This document shows positions 9,726-19,380 of a stretch of DNA of 64,000 nt, in pieces. The stretch covers positions 5,438 to 69,437 of the forward strand of contig CAVILR010000004.1 of NCBI GenBank assembly GCA_963643725.1. The letters are read 5' to 3'. Numbering within the stretch: position 1 is the stretch's first letter; each line of letters opens with the position of its first letter. The translations under genes were made by a program, and so were the position numbers. Below the pieces are notes generated by a model. It saw nothing but the letters and a program-made list of their open reading frames with translations. It was not told the DNA's origin and made no database searches. This stretch comes from Lachnospiraceae bacterium (GTDB taxonomy: Bacteria; Bacillota_I; Bacilli_A; RFN20; CAG-826).

Positions 9726-11024
9726 ATGGAACAGGAAAACGGTGTGTCATTTGGCAGAGTCATGAAAGTAGCTTTCCATAATTGGAAAAGATTACTAATT
9801 ATATTGAGTGCAGTAACTGTTGCTTCTGCATGTGCATTTGCATTTGTTTTTAATAAATTTCAAGGAAATTATTCGTCAACTTTTACGTATTCATCTGCGG
9901 ATTTAAAGAAAGGCGAATATGTTGATGGCAGCACTTTTGTTCATACGATTATTACTTCTCAATCTACATTAGAAAATGTTAAGAATTCAAACGAATCATT
10001 TTCAAATATCGATATTGAAAAAATGATAAAAAAGAATGACATAAAAATAAGTAAGGAAAGCATAACAACTTCATCGACTGAAAAAACTGTTGACTATACA
10101 TACACATTAACTATTTCAATGAAATATTTTTCTAATTCAACTCAAGCAAAGGAATTCATTGATAAAATTGCATATGCTCCTATAGAAAAAGATGCTTCAC
10201 TAGTTAATGAAGATAACTACAATAGCAATCTTAAATTATTCGATTCAAGTTTGACATTTGAAGATGCCTTAAATGCATTAGAAAATGAGGCTAATTTCTT
10301 ATCAAATCAATATACCAATTTAGAAGAAGTTAGTTCAGCTATAACAAGCATCGCAGGAGCAAACAATCTAGAAATTAAATCCATTGTTGGTGATTATGTA
10401 GAGGAAGAAACTCAATCTACAACAACTAATACGTCAACATCATCAAATAAAACGAAAACAACATCAACTAAAAGAGAAAATATCGAAGTGTTAAGACAAA
10501 AAATAAAAGAAAATGGTTTTGTTAAATCCTATACTGATGAATATAAAGAACAACTCAATAACGAAAAAGAAGCGTTAACATCAGAAAAAGCATTAAACGA
10601 AGAAAAAATCACTGCTTTAAAAGCATTACGCGATCCTTCGTCCACCAATGTCTCATCGCAAATTGATACTGAATTATCAAAATTAACGATTAGAAATAAC
10701 ACTATCGATAGCGAAATCGCTGTAATCGATAAAAAACTAGCAAATGAAAACAATACAGATGAAACCTTTGTTAGTTCATATAATACATTTGTTTCAACGC
10801 TAGCAAATTACAAGACTCGTTTATCTAGCTGCGTTAAATCGTATGTCGATTTTTTAAATAAATGTTATATCAAAGATGCAACGGTAAGTTATAACGATGC
10901 AAACTCCGTTACCGAAACGGGCACATTATCAATCGCGAGCGTCATCATTCTTTCAGTTCTCCTTGGTCTAGCTAGCTCAATGGTTGTTAATCTAATCGTC
11001 GACCGTAAGAAACTTCACGATTAA
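9726..11024 (+). CDS. Wzz-like polysaccharide co-polymerase (chain-length determinant topology)
   Basis: One TM helix near each terminus (LLIILSAVTVASACAFAFVF; IASVIILSVLLGLASSMVVNLIV) flanks a roughly 350-aa coiled-coil-rich, S/T-rich domain. GGAGA RBS. No kinase domain. Confidence 0.5.
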   Translation: MEQENGVSFGRVMKVAFHNWKRLLIILSAVTVASACAFAFVFNKFQGNYSSTFTYSSADLKKGEYVDGSTFVHTIITSQSTLENVKNSNESFSNIDIEKMIKKNDIKISKESITTSSTEKTVDYTYTLTISMKYFSNSTQAKEFIDKIAYAPIEKDASLVNEDNYNSNLKLFDSSLTFEDALNALENEANFLSNQYTNLEEVSSAITSIAGANNLEIKSIVGDYVEEETQSTTTNTSTSSNKTKTTSTKRENIEVLRQKIKENGFVKSYTDEYKEQLNNEKEALTSEKALNEEKITALKALRDPSSTNVSSQIDTELSKLTIRNNTIDSEIAVIDKKLANENNTDETFVSSYNTFVSTLANYKTRLSSCVKSYVDFLNKCYIKDATVSYNDANSVTETGTLSIASVIILSVLLGLASSMVVNLIVDRKKLHD

Positions 11025-11029
11025 GTTCT

Positions 11030-12220
11030 ATGAACTTCGTCTTTATCTCACCAAACTTTCCTAGCATATATTCGCACTTCATTAAATCGCTCGCTGATCG
11101 AGGGGTGCGAGTTTTTGGAATAGGCGATACGCCGAAAGAATGTATCAACCAAGAATTAAAAGACAATCTTATCGAATATTGTTTTGTTTCTGATTTAGGA
11201 AATATTCAATGGATGAAAAACACATTGGATTATTTGGCAAATAAATATGGGCTAATTGATTATATCGAATCGAACAATGAATATTGGCTCATGAACGACG
11301 CTATATACCGAGAATATAAAAATGTACCAAACGGATTTTATCCAAAAGACATGGACAAAATTAAATTCAAATCTAAGATGAAACAATATTTTACAAACGC
11401 CGGAGTTAAAACCGCTAGATATTGTATGGCCACTGATTATGAATCGGTCAAAGCATTTGCCTCTGTTGTCGGTTATCCATTGTTCTCTAAGCCAGATAAC
11501 GGAGTTGGAGCCTCATCTAGCCACAAAATAATTAATGACGAACAATTAAAACACTTCTTTGAAACTAAAAAAGATATTCCTTACATCATTGAAGAGTTCA
11601 TCGATGGAACAATTATCACATTCGATGGAATCGCCGATGATAATTCAGAACCTATATTGATGTTTAATGAAGTGTTCCCAGTTCCAGTCGCCGATGTCGT
11701 AAATGATGATATCGATGACTATTATTACGCCTCTTTAGATATGGACGAAGATTTTCGAAATATGGGCAAAAAAGTAGTTGAATCATTTGGCATTAAAAAG
11801 CGTTGTTTTCACATTGAATTCTTTAAAATGAATTGCGATAAACCAGGATTTGCCAAGAAAAACGAAATAATCGGCTTAGAAGTTAATATGCGTTCACCAG
11901 GCGGAGATACGCCAGACCTTTTATCGATAGCAATGAACGGCAGTTATTATGATGCCTATGCTGATACGATAGTCTTTAATAAGTTAAATACATCAATAAA
12001 TAACACTCACGAAATAGCTATATCGGTGAGTAAAAAGAATCGCTTTCAATACTTTCATAACCACGAACAAATAGAAGATAAATATAAAGAAAACATCATC
12101 CGTCATGGTCTATATCCTAAGGAAATAGCCGATGCGATGGGTGATGAATTCTATTTTGCTAAATTTAAGTCAGTTTGTGATGCATTAAATTTTAAAGATT
12201 TTGTAATGCAGAAATTATAA
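11030..12220 (+). CDS. ATP-grasp domain protein (carboxylate-amine ligase type)
   Basis: Central KSKMKQYFTNAGVKTARY...VGYPLFSKPDNGVGASSSHKI...YIIEEFIDG...HIEFFK pattern of ATP-grasp enzymes. Confidence 0.7.
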   Translation: MNFVFISPNFPSIYSHFIKSLADRGVRVFGIGDTPKECINQELKDNLIEYCFVSDLGNIQWMKNTLDYLANKYGLIDYIESNNEYWLMNDAIYREYKNVPNGFYPKDMDKIKFKSKMKQYFTNAGVKTARYCMATDYESVKAFASVVGYPLFSKPDNGVGASSSHKIINDEQLKHFFETKKDIPYIIEEFIDGTIITFDGIADDNSEPILMFNEVFPVPVADVVNDDIDDYYYASLDMDEDFRNMGKKVVESFGIKKRCFHIEFFKMNCDKPGFAKKNEIIGLEVNMRSPGGDTPDLLSIAMNGSYYDAYADTIVFNKLNTSINNTHEIAISVSKKNRFQYFHNHEQIEDKYKENIIRHGLYPKEIADAMGDEFYFAKFKSVCDALNFKDFVMQKL

Positions 12221-12922
12221 ATCGACGTTATGATAAACGTTTTGAACGTCTTCAAGCTCATCAAGTGAATCGATGAGTTCTTCAAATTTTCCTTTGACTT
12301 CAGAATCATCAATTGTGATGTATTCATTTGGAATCATGCTGATTTCCGCTTCTTCGTATTCGCTGATACCAATGGAAGCGAGAACTTCTTTAGCCTTGGC
12401 AAATGAGCTAGGAGTGACATAGACAACGACCAAGTCTTCATCTTGTTCAACACTTAAGACATCGACATCGCCTAAGATTAACGCTTCTTCAACTTCATCG
12501 CGATTATTGCCTTTAAAGACTAATACGCCTTTTTCTTCAAAGTTAAAGGAAACGCTGCCGAGGTGGCCACCTTTACGGACGACCGCAGTTTTAACTTCCA
12601 CTAACGCGCGGTTAGGATTGTCAGTTAATGTATCAACAATGATATATGAACCAGCTGGGCCAAAGAATTCATATCTACCAGCGATAAATACTTCCGCATC
12701 ACCGCCTTGAGCTTTCTTAATCGCTCTATCAAAAACATCACGAGGAACGCTTTTCCCACGATATTTTTCATAAACCGCGCGTAAAGCGAGGTTTGTTTTT
12801 GGATCAGGTGAACCTGTGCGCGCAGCAAGATAGGCTTCACGAGACGCTCTTGCGTATAACGCTGATTTGATTTTTCCGGTTCGCGCCATCGCCGCGGCTC
12901 GAACTTCATGATGTCTTCCCAT
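12215..12922 (-). CDS. YebC/PmpR-family transcriptional regulator
   Basis: MGRHHEVRAAAMARTGKIKSALYAR...SPDPKTNLALRAVYEKYRGKSVPRDVFDRAIKK. Start trimmed to the ATG at 12922, which has AGGAGA 6 nt upstream; the ORF-track start 12958 lacks an RBS. Confidence 0.85.
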   Translation of the reverse strand: MGRHHEVRAAAMARTGKIKSALYARASREAYLAARTGSPDPKTNLALRAVYEKYRGKSVPRDVFDRAIKKAQGGDAEVFIAGRYEFFGPAGSYIIVDTLTDNPNRALVEVKTAVVRKGGHLGSVSFNFEEKGVLVFKGNNRDEVEEALILGDVDVLSVEQDEDLVVVYVTPSSFAKAKEVLASIGISEYEEAEISMIPNEYITIDDSEVKGKFEELIDSLDELEDVQNVYHNVDL

Positions 12923-13060
12923 AATATTTCTCCTAATAATTTCTTCTAGAAAATGCACTTTATTATAACTCTCTTGTCAATTGTAGACAAAACATTTATA
13001 AACAGACATTTTCTTCTAGTAAAACTAAATAATGCATGAACTAAAAAAGGAGGGAAGATT

Positions 13061-13726
13061 ATGGTTTATGGTTATATCCGTGTCAGCACGGATCTTCAAA
13101 CCGTCGAGAATCAAAAATTTGAAATCGACAACTACGCGAAAAAGAAGAATATAAAAATCGATAGTTACATCGAAGAAATAGCTTCTGGAGCGAAAAATTA
13201 CTCAAAAAGGAGGCTTGGCTATCTTCTTAGAAGGCTGAAAAGCGGCGATACGCTTCTTGCGAGTGAACTATCAAGATTAGGCAGAAATCTCTTTATGATT
13301 ATGGAGATATTAAACTACTGCGTTAAAAAGGGAGCAAAAGTAGTTACTATCAAAGATAATTTCTCCTTAAGAGATGATATTGAATCGAAGGTGTTAGCCT
13401 TCGCCTTTGGTTTATCCGCAGAGATAGAAAGGAAATTAATATCTCAGCGAACTAAAGAAGCTTTATCAAGAATCCGTTTAGAAGGAAAAAGGCTTGGCAG
13501 ACCAATTGGTACGACTAGAGAAAACAAAAAACTTTATCCAAATAAAGTCGAAATCTTTAAAGCATTAAAAAGCGGGACAACGCAAAGAAAGTTAGCAAAA
13601 AAATATAAAACTCACATCAATACTATCTATATATTTGTTAAGAAATATAAAGATGAAATGAAGTTTGATAAAAGCAAAATAAAGAAAACGTATAGAAAGA
13701 GAAGAAAAAAAGCTAATTGTCGCTAG
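13061..13726 (+). CDS. small serine recombinase (resolvase/invertase family) with C-terminal HTH
   Basis: MVYGYIRVSTDLQTVENQ (catalytic Ser in RVST), SRLGRN, EIERKLISQRTKEAL, GRPIG linker, HTH (TTQRKLAKKYKTHINTIY). GGAGGG RBS. Confidence 0.9.
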   Translation: MVYGYIRVSTDLQTVENQKFEIDNYAKKKNIKIDSYIEEIASGAKNYSKRRLGYLLRRLKSGDTLLASELSRLGRNLFMIMEILNYCVKKGAKVVTIKDNFSLRDDIESKVLAFAFGLSAEIERKLISQRTKEALSRIRLEGKRLGRPIGTTRENKKLYPNKVEIFKALKSGTTQRKLAKKYKTHINTIYIFVKKYKDEMKFDKSKIKKTYRKRRKKANCR

Positions 13727-13922
13727 AATCGACATCGACCACATTAGTAACTTCATTTAAAGAATTATGCCTTAACGGTCGATGACAATGAGGGCAATAA
13801 ATAAATCCGTGCGGATACCAAGGTCTAAAGCCGAGTTCGCTTTTATCGTATTCAAAAATTGTCCCGCAATATTCGCATGTTATTCTATATGTTGCTTTAG
13901 GTGCTTCCTTGATTATTTTCAT
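13713..13922 (-). CDS. small zinc-ribbon protein
   Basis: CEYC...CPHC four-cysteine pattern in 69 aa. GGGAG RBS 5 nt upstream. Directly downstream of glyA on the same strand. Its 3' end overlaps the recombinase 3' end by 14 bp. Confidence 0.5.
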   Translation of the reverse strand: MKIIKEAPKATYRITCEYCGTIFEYDKSELGFRPWYPHGFIYCPHCHRPLRHNSLNEVTNVVDVDSSDN

Positions 13923-13943
13923 ATTTACTCCCGATTTATCAAT

Positions 13944-15155
13944 TTAAATATCTTGTATCTTTTTCCATGATGATGTCAAAGCGTGAACCTCTTTTAAGGC
14001 ATCATCTTTACTAACATTGCCTTTAAGGTAATTATGGATAAGTACCGCTATTGATTTAGCATCAACTACTGAGCATCCTCTAGTTGTAACCGCAGCAAAA
14101 CCAATTCTAAGACCTGATGTCTTGTTAGGCTTTAATGTATCGTTAGGTAACATATTTTTGTTTGTTGTGATATTTATTTCTTCTAACTTCTTCTGTGCAT
14201 CTAAACCAGTTAAGCTGAAAGACTCCAAGGTGTTAAGTAGAAATAAATGATTCTCGCTAGAAGAGGCTATATCGCCGAGTTCGATGAATGTCTTCGCGGC
14301 CACAAGAGTATTTTCTTTAACATGTTTAATGTAATTTTTAAAGTTATCGCTCATCGCTTCTTTAAAACAAATTGCCTTGCCGGCGATGATGTGCATTAAA
14401 GGCCCGCCTTGATAAAAAGGGAAGACAGCTGAATTGATTTTCTTGGCAATTTCCTCATTATTTGTAAGGATTAGTCCTCCTCGAGGCCCTCTTAATGTCT
14501 TATGAGTTGTGGATGTAACAACATCAGCATAAGGAATCGGAGAAGGGTGTTCACCCGCGGCGACAAGCCCGGCGATATGCGCCATATCGACCATAAAGTA
14601 GGCGCCAACATCATCAGCGATTTCTTTAAATTTTTTAAAGTCGATTTGATAAGGGAAAGCGCTATAACCGGCAAGAATTAAATTAGGTTTTTCTCTTTTT
14701 GCCACTTCTAAAATAGCCTCGTAATCTAGATGGCTATCGCTTCCTAATGGATAAAACACAAAATTGTAAAAGTGTGAGGAAAATGAGACCGGACTGCCGT
14801 GTGTTAAATGGCCTCCATCATTTAAGACTAAAGATAATATTTTTCCGCCATCTGGCAATAAGGCTCGATAAGCCGCGGCATTAGCTTGTGAACCGCTATG
14901 AGGCTGAACATTTGCGAATTTTGCATTATACAATTCCTTAGCTCTTTCAATTGCTAATTCTTCAATTTCATCGACATATTCGCATCCACCATAATAACGT
15001 TTATGCGGATAGCCTTCCGCGTATTTATTCGTTAGAATTGAACCGCACGCACTACGCACGTTCTTACTAGCATAATTTTCGCTAGCAATTAATTCAATTC
15101 CCTCATTTTGCCTATTCGTTTCTTTTTCAATTAAAATATCAATATCTTTATCCAT
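13944..15155 (-). CDS. glyA: serine hydroxymethyltransferase
   Basis: [32 protein letters not shown] (PLP lysine) motifs across the full length. Confidence 0.95.
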   Translation of the reverse strand: MDKDIDILIEKETNRQNEGIELIASENYASKNVRSACGSILTNKYAEGYPHKRYYGGCEYVDEIEELAIERAKELYNAKFANVQPHSGSQANAAAYRALLPDGGKILSLVLNDGGHLTHGSPVSFSSHFYNFVFYPLGSDSHLDYEAILEVAKREKPNLILAGYSAFPYQIDFKKFKEIADDVGAYFMVDMAHIAGLVAAGEHPSPIPYADVVTSTTHKTLRGPRGGLILTNNEEIAKKINSAVFPFYQGGPLMHIIAGKAICFKEAMSDNFKNYIKHVKENTLVAAKTFIELGDIASSSENHLFLLNTLESFSLTGLDAQKKLEEINITTNKNMLPNDTLKPNKTSGLRIGFAAVTTRGCSVVDAKSIAVLIHNYLKGNVSKDDALKEVHALTSSWKKIQDI

Positions 15156-15223
15156 CTTAAAGCACCTCGCTTTTTAATGTAGCATTTATTGATAAACTAA
15201 TACACTGTTAATTAAGAAAGATA

Positions 15224-16558
15224 TCAAAGATATTTATTAAATTCCCAACTGCTAACGTATACGCGATATTCATCCCATTCAAGTTGTTTTGCTTCAACAT
15301 ATTTATTGAATGTATGATCGCCTAGAGTTTCTTTAATCAATGGGTCATTTTTCATTTCCTTAATCGCATCTTTTAAGTTTTCAGGTAAATTTGGAATGCC
15401 TTTTGCTTCACGTTCTTCTCTAGTTAACGAGAAGATATTGTCATAAACCGGTGGAATTGATGGAACTTTGCCAGGATTTAAGATGCCATCAAGCCCCGCG
15501 TTAATAATCGAGGCTAATGCAAGATATGGATTAGCGTAAGGGTCGACGCTTCGAATTTCCGCACGTGTTGCTTGTCCTCGAACGGCTGGAATACGAATCA
15601 TTGAAGATCTATTCGCATCGCTCCAACAAGCATAACAAGGAGCTTCGAAACCAGATACTAATCGCTTGTATGAGTTAATAATTGGATTAGTTAACGCAGA
15701 TATCGAACGAGAATGTTTTAAAATTCCATTAATGAATTGTCGGCACATCGTCGATAATTTCATACTGTCTTTTTCATCATAGAATAGATTATTGCCATCT
15801 TTATCTTCCATCGAACAATTGGTGTGCATACCTGAACCAGGCAAATTAGCAAATGGTTTAGGCATAAATGAAGCAATATATCCGTTTTTTCTAGCAACAG
15901 ATTTAACAATATATTTAAATGATTGAAGATTATCACACGCCGATAAAACATCCGCGTATTTAAAATTAATTTCTTGTTGTCCAGGTCCGACTTCGTGATG
16001 GGCGGTTTGCATCGAAAAACCACATTGTTCTAAGACATAAGTTATTTCTCTTCGAAGAGAATTGCCATTATCTATTGGGGCTAAATCAAAATAACTTCCT
16101 TCGTCGGTTAATTCGATTTTATTCGTGGTTTCATTTCGCTTGAACAAATAAAACTCAGGCTCAAATCCGACATTCATCGTCGTAATCCCGGCATCATTCA
16201 TTTTCTTGATAGCTCTTTTTAGAATATAACGCGGATCGCCTTTAAATGGTTTTCCATATGGTGTATAGACGTCGCATATTAATCTAGCAACCTTTCCAAA
16301 TGATGATTCTTCAAAAGCCAAGATTAACCAGGTATCTAAATCAGGTTTAAGATACATGTCTGCTTCTTTGATACGGACAAATCCTTCAATTGAGCTTCCA
16401 TCAAACATAATCTCGCCATTTAAAGCATTGGAAAGTTTGCTCGCTGGTATTTCAACGGCTTTAATTACCCCAAGCATATCCGTAAATTGAAGGCGAATAT
16501 AGTGAACATTTTCGGTTTCAGCTATTTTAAGTATCTGTTTTTTCGTGTATTTAGCCAT
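15224..16558 (-). CDS. glnA: glutamine synthetase type I
   Basis: Full-length GS-I: HYIRLQFTDMLG, FDGSSIEGF, GFEPEFYLF, HHEVGPGQQEI, MPKPFANLPGSGMH, NRSSMIRIP. Confidence 0.95.
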   Translation of the reverse strand: MAKYTKKQILKIAETENVHYIRLQFTDMLGVIKAVEIPASKLSNALNGEIMFDGSSIEGFVRIKEADMYLKPDLDTWLILAFEESSFGKVARLICDVYTPYGKPFKGDPRYILKRAIKKMNDAGITTMNVGFEPEFYLFKRNETTNKIELTDEGSYFDLAPIDNGNSLRREITYVLEQCGFSMQTAHHEVGPGQQEINFKYADVLSACDNLQSFKYIVKSVARKNGYIASFMPKPFANLPGSGMHTNCSMEDKDGNNLFYDEKDSMKLSTMCRQFINGILKHSRSISALTNPIINSYKRLVSGFEAPCYACWSDANRSSMIRIPAVRGQATRAEIRSVDPYANPYLALASIINAGLDGILNPGKVPSIPPVYDNIFSLTREEREAKGIPNLPENLKDAIKEMKNDPLIKETLGDHTFNKYVEAKQLEWDEYRVYVSSWEFNKYL

Positions 16559-16685
16559 AAATTTGCTCCTTTACACAACATTTTCTAAAATTATGCCTTA
16601 AAATTGGACCAGAAATTAAAATATATTCCTATTTTTAAAATAAATTCGATTATATCAGTATTATTTTTCTTGAGTAGATATATGT

Positions 16686-17801
16686 TTATTTTGCCTTACG
16701 TGTATTATCTCTATTTGCTATTTTCTTTTTGAGCATCATAAACAAAGAATAAATTTGCTTAGAAAAGATAGCGACCAAAACACATAGAAGTGAAATAACA
16801 ATAGATAATATAATAGTTAATGAATTGTAATCTTCTTGGTTAATGATGATGTTGTTGGCTTTGAAAACAAAGAATAAAACATAAGAAATCGCAATCCCAA
16901 CGATAACAAAGGAACATAGATAAGTAATTGAAGCGATTCGATATTCTTTTTGTCTTGAGCTGTTTTTATCGTTAGAGTATTCAACCGCAAATAATAAGAA
17001 CACAACTTCCGCGGTCAAGCAAACGAGTAAGACTAGAAGGAAAATCACGCCCCATAACACATTATTGGTTGAAAAATAATATGGGCAAAGTATAGCTGCG
17101 AATACTGAAAACATTGCTTCTAAGCCAATTAAAAGATATGAACTAGTATTCTTATTAAAAGCGTCCTTCCATATATCTTTATTTAATTTTATTTTCTTAT
17201 TAGAAGTAGGTTTGTTTTCGTTATTTTCCACCTCTATATTCGAGCCGATATCTAATTCAACAAAATTATTCGTAACCTCAACAGGCTTTTTATTTAAGAT
17301 GATATAAGTATTTTTATCTTTATATTGTTCTAAATATTTGTTGATAAGTATCCAATATTCATCATTGATTTCATTGTTTGAATCAATGAGCACATAGCCT
17401 AGTTCATATGAAGAAATAACATCGAGGATTGCGATTATCTTCTTCTCTTTTTCTTCTATCGTCTCTAAAGGCATATCCTTTAAAACGAATAATTTGTTTT
17501 GAACCTCTTCTAAAAGTGTCTTTTTATCTTTTTTCGTGGTTACAAGACATATCGTTAAGCAAAAAACTTTTGAATTAATTGCAAGGACAATAAGCGATTT
17601 GTCATTATTTTCGCTAGGAAAGAAAGTTTCCTCGTTAACCAACAATGAACCATCACTAAATAATTGATTCTTAAGCGTTAAGACTTTGAATAAATAGGCT
17701 TTCTCGTAGTCTAAATTATTCAAACCATTATCAAATTTTTCACTGATTGGTTCTTTTGGATTATTTTTACCAGTTAGAATTAATTCTTTGCATTCAATCA
17801 T
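16686..17801 (-). CDS. hypothetical protein: about 200-aa N-terminal soluble domain plus 4-TM C-terminal domain
   Basis: Start ATG overlaps the gmhA stop (ATGA), so it is probably co-translated with the heptose genes. The segment GYVLIDSNNEINDEYWILINKYL...TYIILNKKP faintly resembles a degenerate ABC Walker-B/D-loop region (weak). Confidence 0.5.
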   Translation of the reverse strand: MIECKELILTGKNNPKEPISEKFDNGLNNLDYEKAYLFKVLTLKNQLFSDGSLLVNEETFFPSENNDKSLIVLAINSKVFCLTICLVTTKKDKKTLLEEVQNKLFVLKDMPLETIEEKEKKIIAILDVISSYELGYVLIDSNNEINDEYWILINKYLEQYKDKNTYIILNKKPVEVTNNFVELDIGSNIEVENNENKPTSNKKIKLNKDIWKDAFNKNTSSYLLIGLEAMFSVFAAILCPYYFSTNNVLWGVIFLLVLLVCLTAEVVFLLFAVEYSNDKNSSRQKEYRIASITYLCSFVIVGIAISYVLFFVFKANNIIINQEDYNSLTIILSIVISLLCVLVAIFSKQIYSLFMMLKKKIANRDNTRKAK

Positions 17802-18388
17802 ATTTTTGTCGTTTTAATATCATCTAAAACATTGAGCAAAATAGTAGCCATCATATGGTCAAAGGACATATGAATATCTTCCGCTTTCATCATGTCGTTA
17901 ATCGGCGCGTGGAGATGGTAATCGGATAATTTATATAATTCCCCTCCATCATATCCGGTCATTCCAATGACTTTAACGCCTTGGCTTTTAGCTACGTTAA
18001 CCGCCTTGATGATATTTTTTGAATTTCCTGAGCCAGATATCGCAAGCACTAAGTCATTAGGATTTAATATCTTTTCGATTTGATAGGCAAAGACATCTTC
18101 ATAGGAGAAGTCATTTGCTAATGCGGTTAATATCGGCGTGTTGTCGCTTAGACAAATAAAATTGAATTTCTTGCTCTTTTTAAACGAAACACCTTTATTA
18201 AAATCGCATACCATGTGCGAAGCAGTCGCGGAGGAGCCGCCATTACCGAAAACATAGACTGTTCCACCATTTTCATAGCAATTAATCAAAGCTTCCATCG
18301 CTTCGCTAATAGCCTTATAGTCTAGCTCCTGCATGGTCTTAGCTAAGGTTGCATAATATTCGCGTATTTCTTTTTCGTAATTTTTCAT
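17798..18388 (-). CDS. gmhA: SIS-domain sedoheptulose-7-phosphate isomerase
   Basis: VFGNGGSSATASHMVCDF, ALANDFSYEDVFAYQ, AISGSGNSKNI, GMTGYDGG match the GmhA pattern. Confidence 0.8.
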   Translation of the reverse strand: MKNYEKEIREYYATLAKTMQELDYKAISEAMEALINCYENGGTVYVFGNGGSSATASHMVCDFNKGVSFKKSKKFNFICLSDNTPILTALANDFSYEDVFAYQIEKILNPNDLVLAISGSGNSKNIIKAVNVAKSQGVKVIGMTGYDGGELYKLSDYHLHAPINDMMKAEDIHMSFDHMMATILLNVLDDIKTTKI

Positions 18389-18397
18389 AATTCCATC

Positions 18398-19378
18398 CTA
18401 ATCATTATAAATAATTGAAACGCCAGAATTGTCTAATTCAAAAGGTAATTCAGTATAACCTTCAAAGGCTTTTCTAACGCTTTCTTTAATTTGAGCATTT
18501 GGCACATAAAATAGCAAGAAACCACCGCCTCCTGCGCCTAAAAGTTTTCCACCTGTTGCTCCGGCATCAATACCTTTTTGATAAAGTTCATCAATCTTAC
18601 TGCCGGAGATAGAAGAGGCCATTTGCTTTTTAATTTCCCAGCCTTTCGCAAGGGCTTTGCCAAGAAAATCGACATCATTTTGTTCAAAATGTTCTTTTAA
18701 TTCTCTTGCTAAATCGCACATCTTTATAAGGAGTTCTTCCTTTTTATTATCATTTTCAATGTTGTGTTTTTGTTCAGAAAGCACCTTATTTGCATCATGG
18801 GTTAGACCCGTATAAAACATCACGCAATTATCTTCAAGTTTCTTATACGATTCAGGCAGCATAACAATCGGTTCAATCTTCACGTAACCATTGGGCAAGA
18901 ACTCATAAAATTTAAGCCCTCCAAAGGCCGCGGCGAATTGATCTTGCTTGCCAATTGGATTATGCAAATCTTCAATTTCGATTTCGCATGCTTCTTTAGC
19001 GACATGGTATTGAGAGACGTATTTATGCTCATACGTATATAAAAGTTTTAGTAACGCGACAGTAAAAGTTGATGATGAGCCAAGTCCTGTTCCTGCGGTG
19101 ACATCCGCCATCGAGGCAATCTCAACTCCGCGAATATTAAATCTACGAAATGCTTCATGAAATATTTTGTGTTCAATTTCTTCATACGAATGAACATTTT
19201 CAGTTTTTGAATATTTTAAAGAGATATCATTTTTATTAAACGCAGGATGAATTGTTAAATACACATATTTTTTAATCGTCGTCGATAAAACACATCCGCC
19301 GTGCTTTTCATAAAATGAAGGAATATCGCTTCCTCCGCCGGCAAAAGATACTCGAAATGGCGCTCTTGAGATGATCAT
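18398..19378 (-). CDS. GHMP-family sugar kinase, HddA-like (D-glycero-D-manno-heptose 7-phosphate kinase type)
   Basis: MIISRAPFRVSFAGGGSDIPSFY N-terminus and the GHMP motif AGTGLGSSSTF; GGKLLGAGGGGFLLFY near the C-terminus. Confidence 0.8.
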   Translation of the reverse strand: MIISRAPFRVSFAGGGSDIPSFYEKHGGCVLSTTIKKYVYLTIHPAFNKNDISLKYSKTENVHSYEEIEHKIFHEAFRRFNIRGVEIASMADVTAGTGLGSSSTFTVALLKLLYTYEHKYVSQYHVAKEACEIEIEDLHNPIGKQDQFAAAFGGLKFYEFLPNGYVKIEPIVMLPESYKKLEDNCVMFYTGLTHDANKVLSEQKHNIENDNKKEELLIKMCDLARELKEHFEQNDVDFLGKALAKGWEIKKQMASSISGSKIDELYQKGIDAGATGGKLLGAGGGGFLLFYVPNAQIKESVRKAFEGYTELPFELDNSGVSIIYND

Positions 19379-19380
19379 AA

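Noticed and set aside
12507-12909. Nested ORFs (12507..12710 +, 12625..12909 -) inside the YebC-family gene
   Set aside because: They are alternative-frame or antisense ORFs within a strongly conserved CDS, produced by its locally higher GC content. They have no motifs or RBS.
13061-13726. Serine recombinase as part of a transposon, prophage or integrative element
   Set aside because: I found no transposase, terminal inverted repeats, phage genes or compositional break in the flanks. It is kept only as a candidate stand-alone invertase.
16559-16685. GlnR/TnrA operator (TGTNA-N7-TNACA) upstream of glnA
   Set aside because: Only weak partial matches (for example TGTTGTGTAA near the RBS) were seen. 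No convincing 17-bp palindrome could be read.
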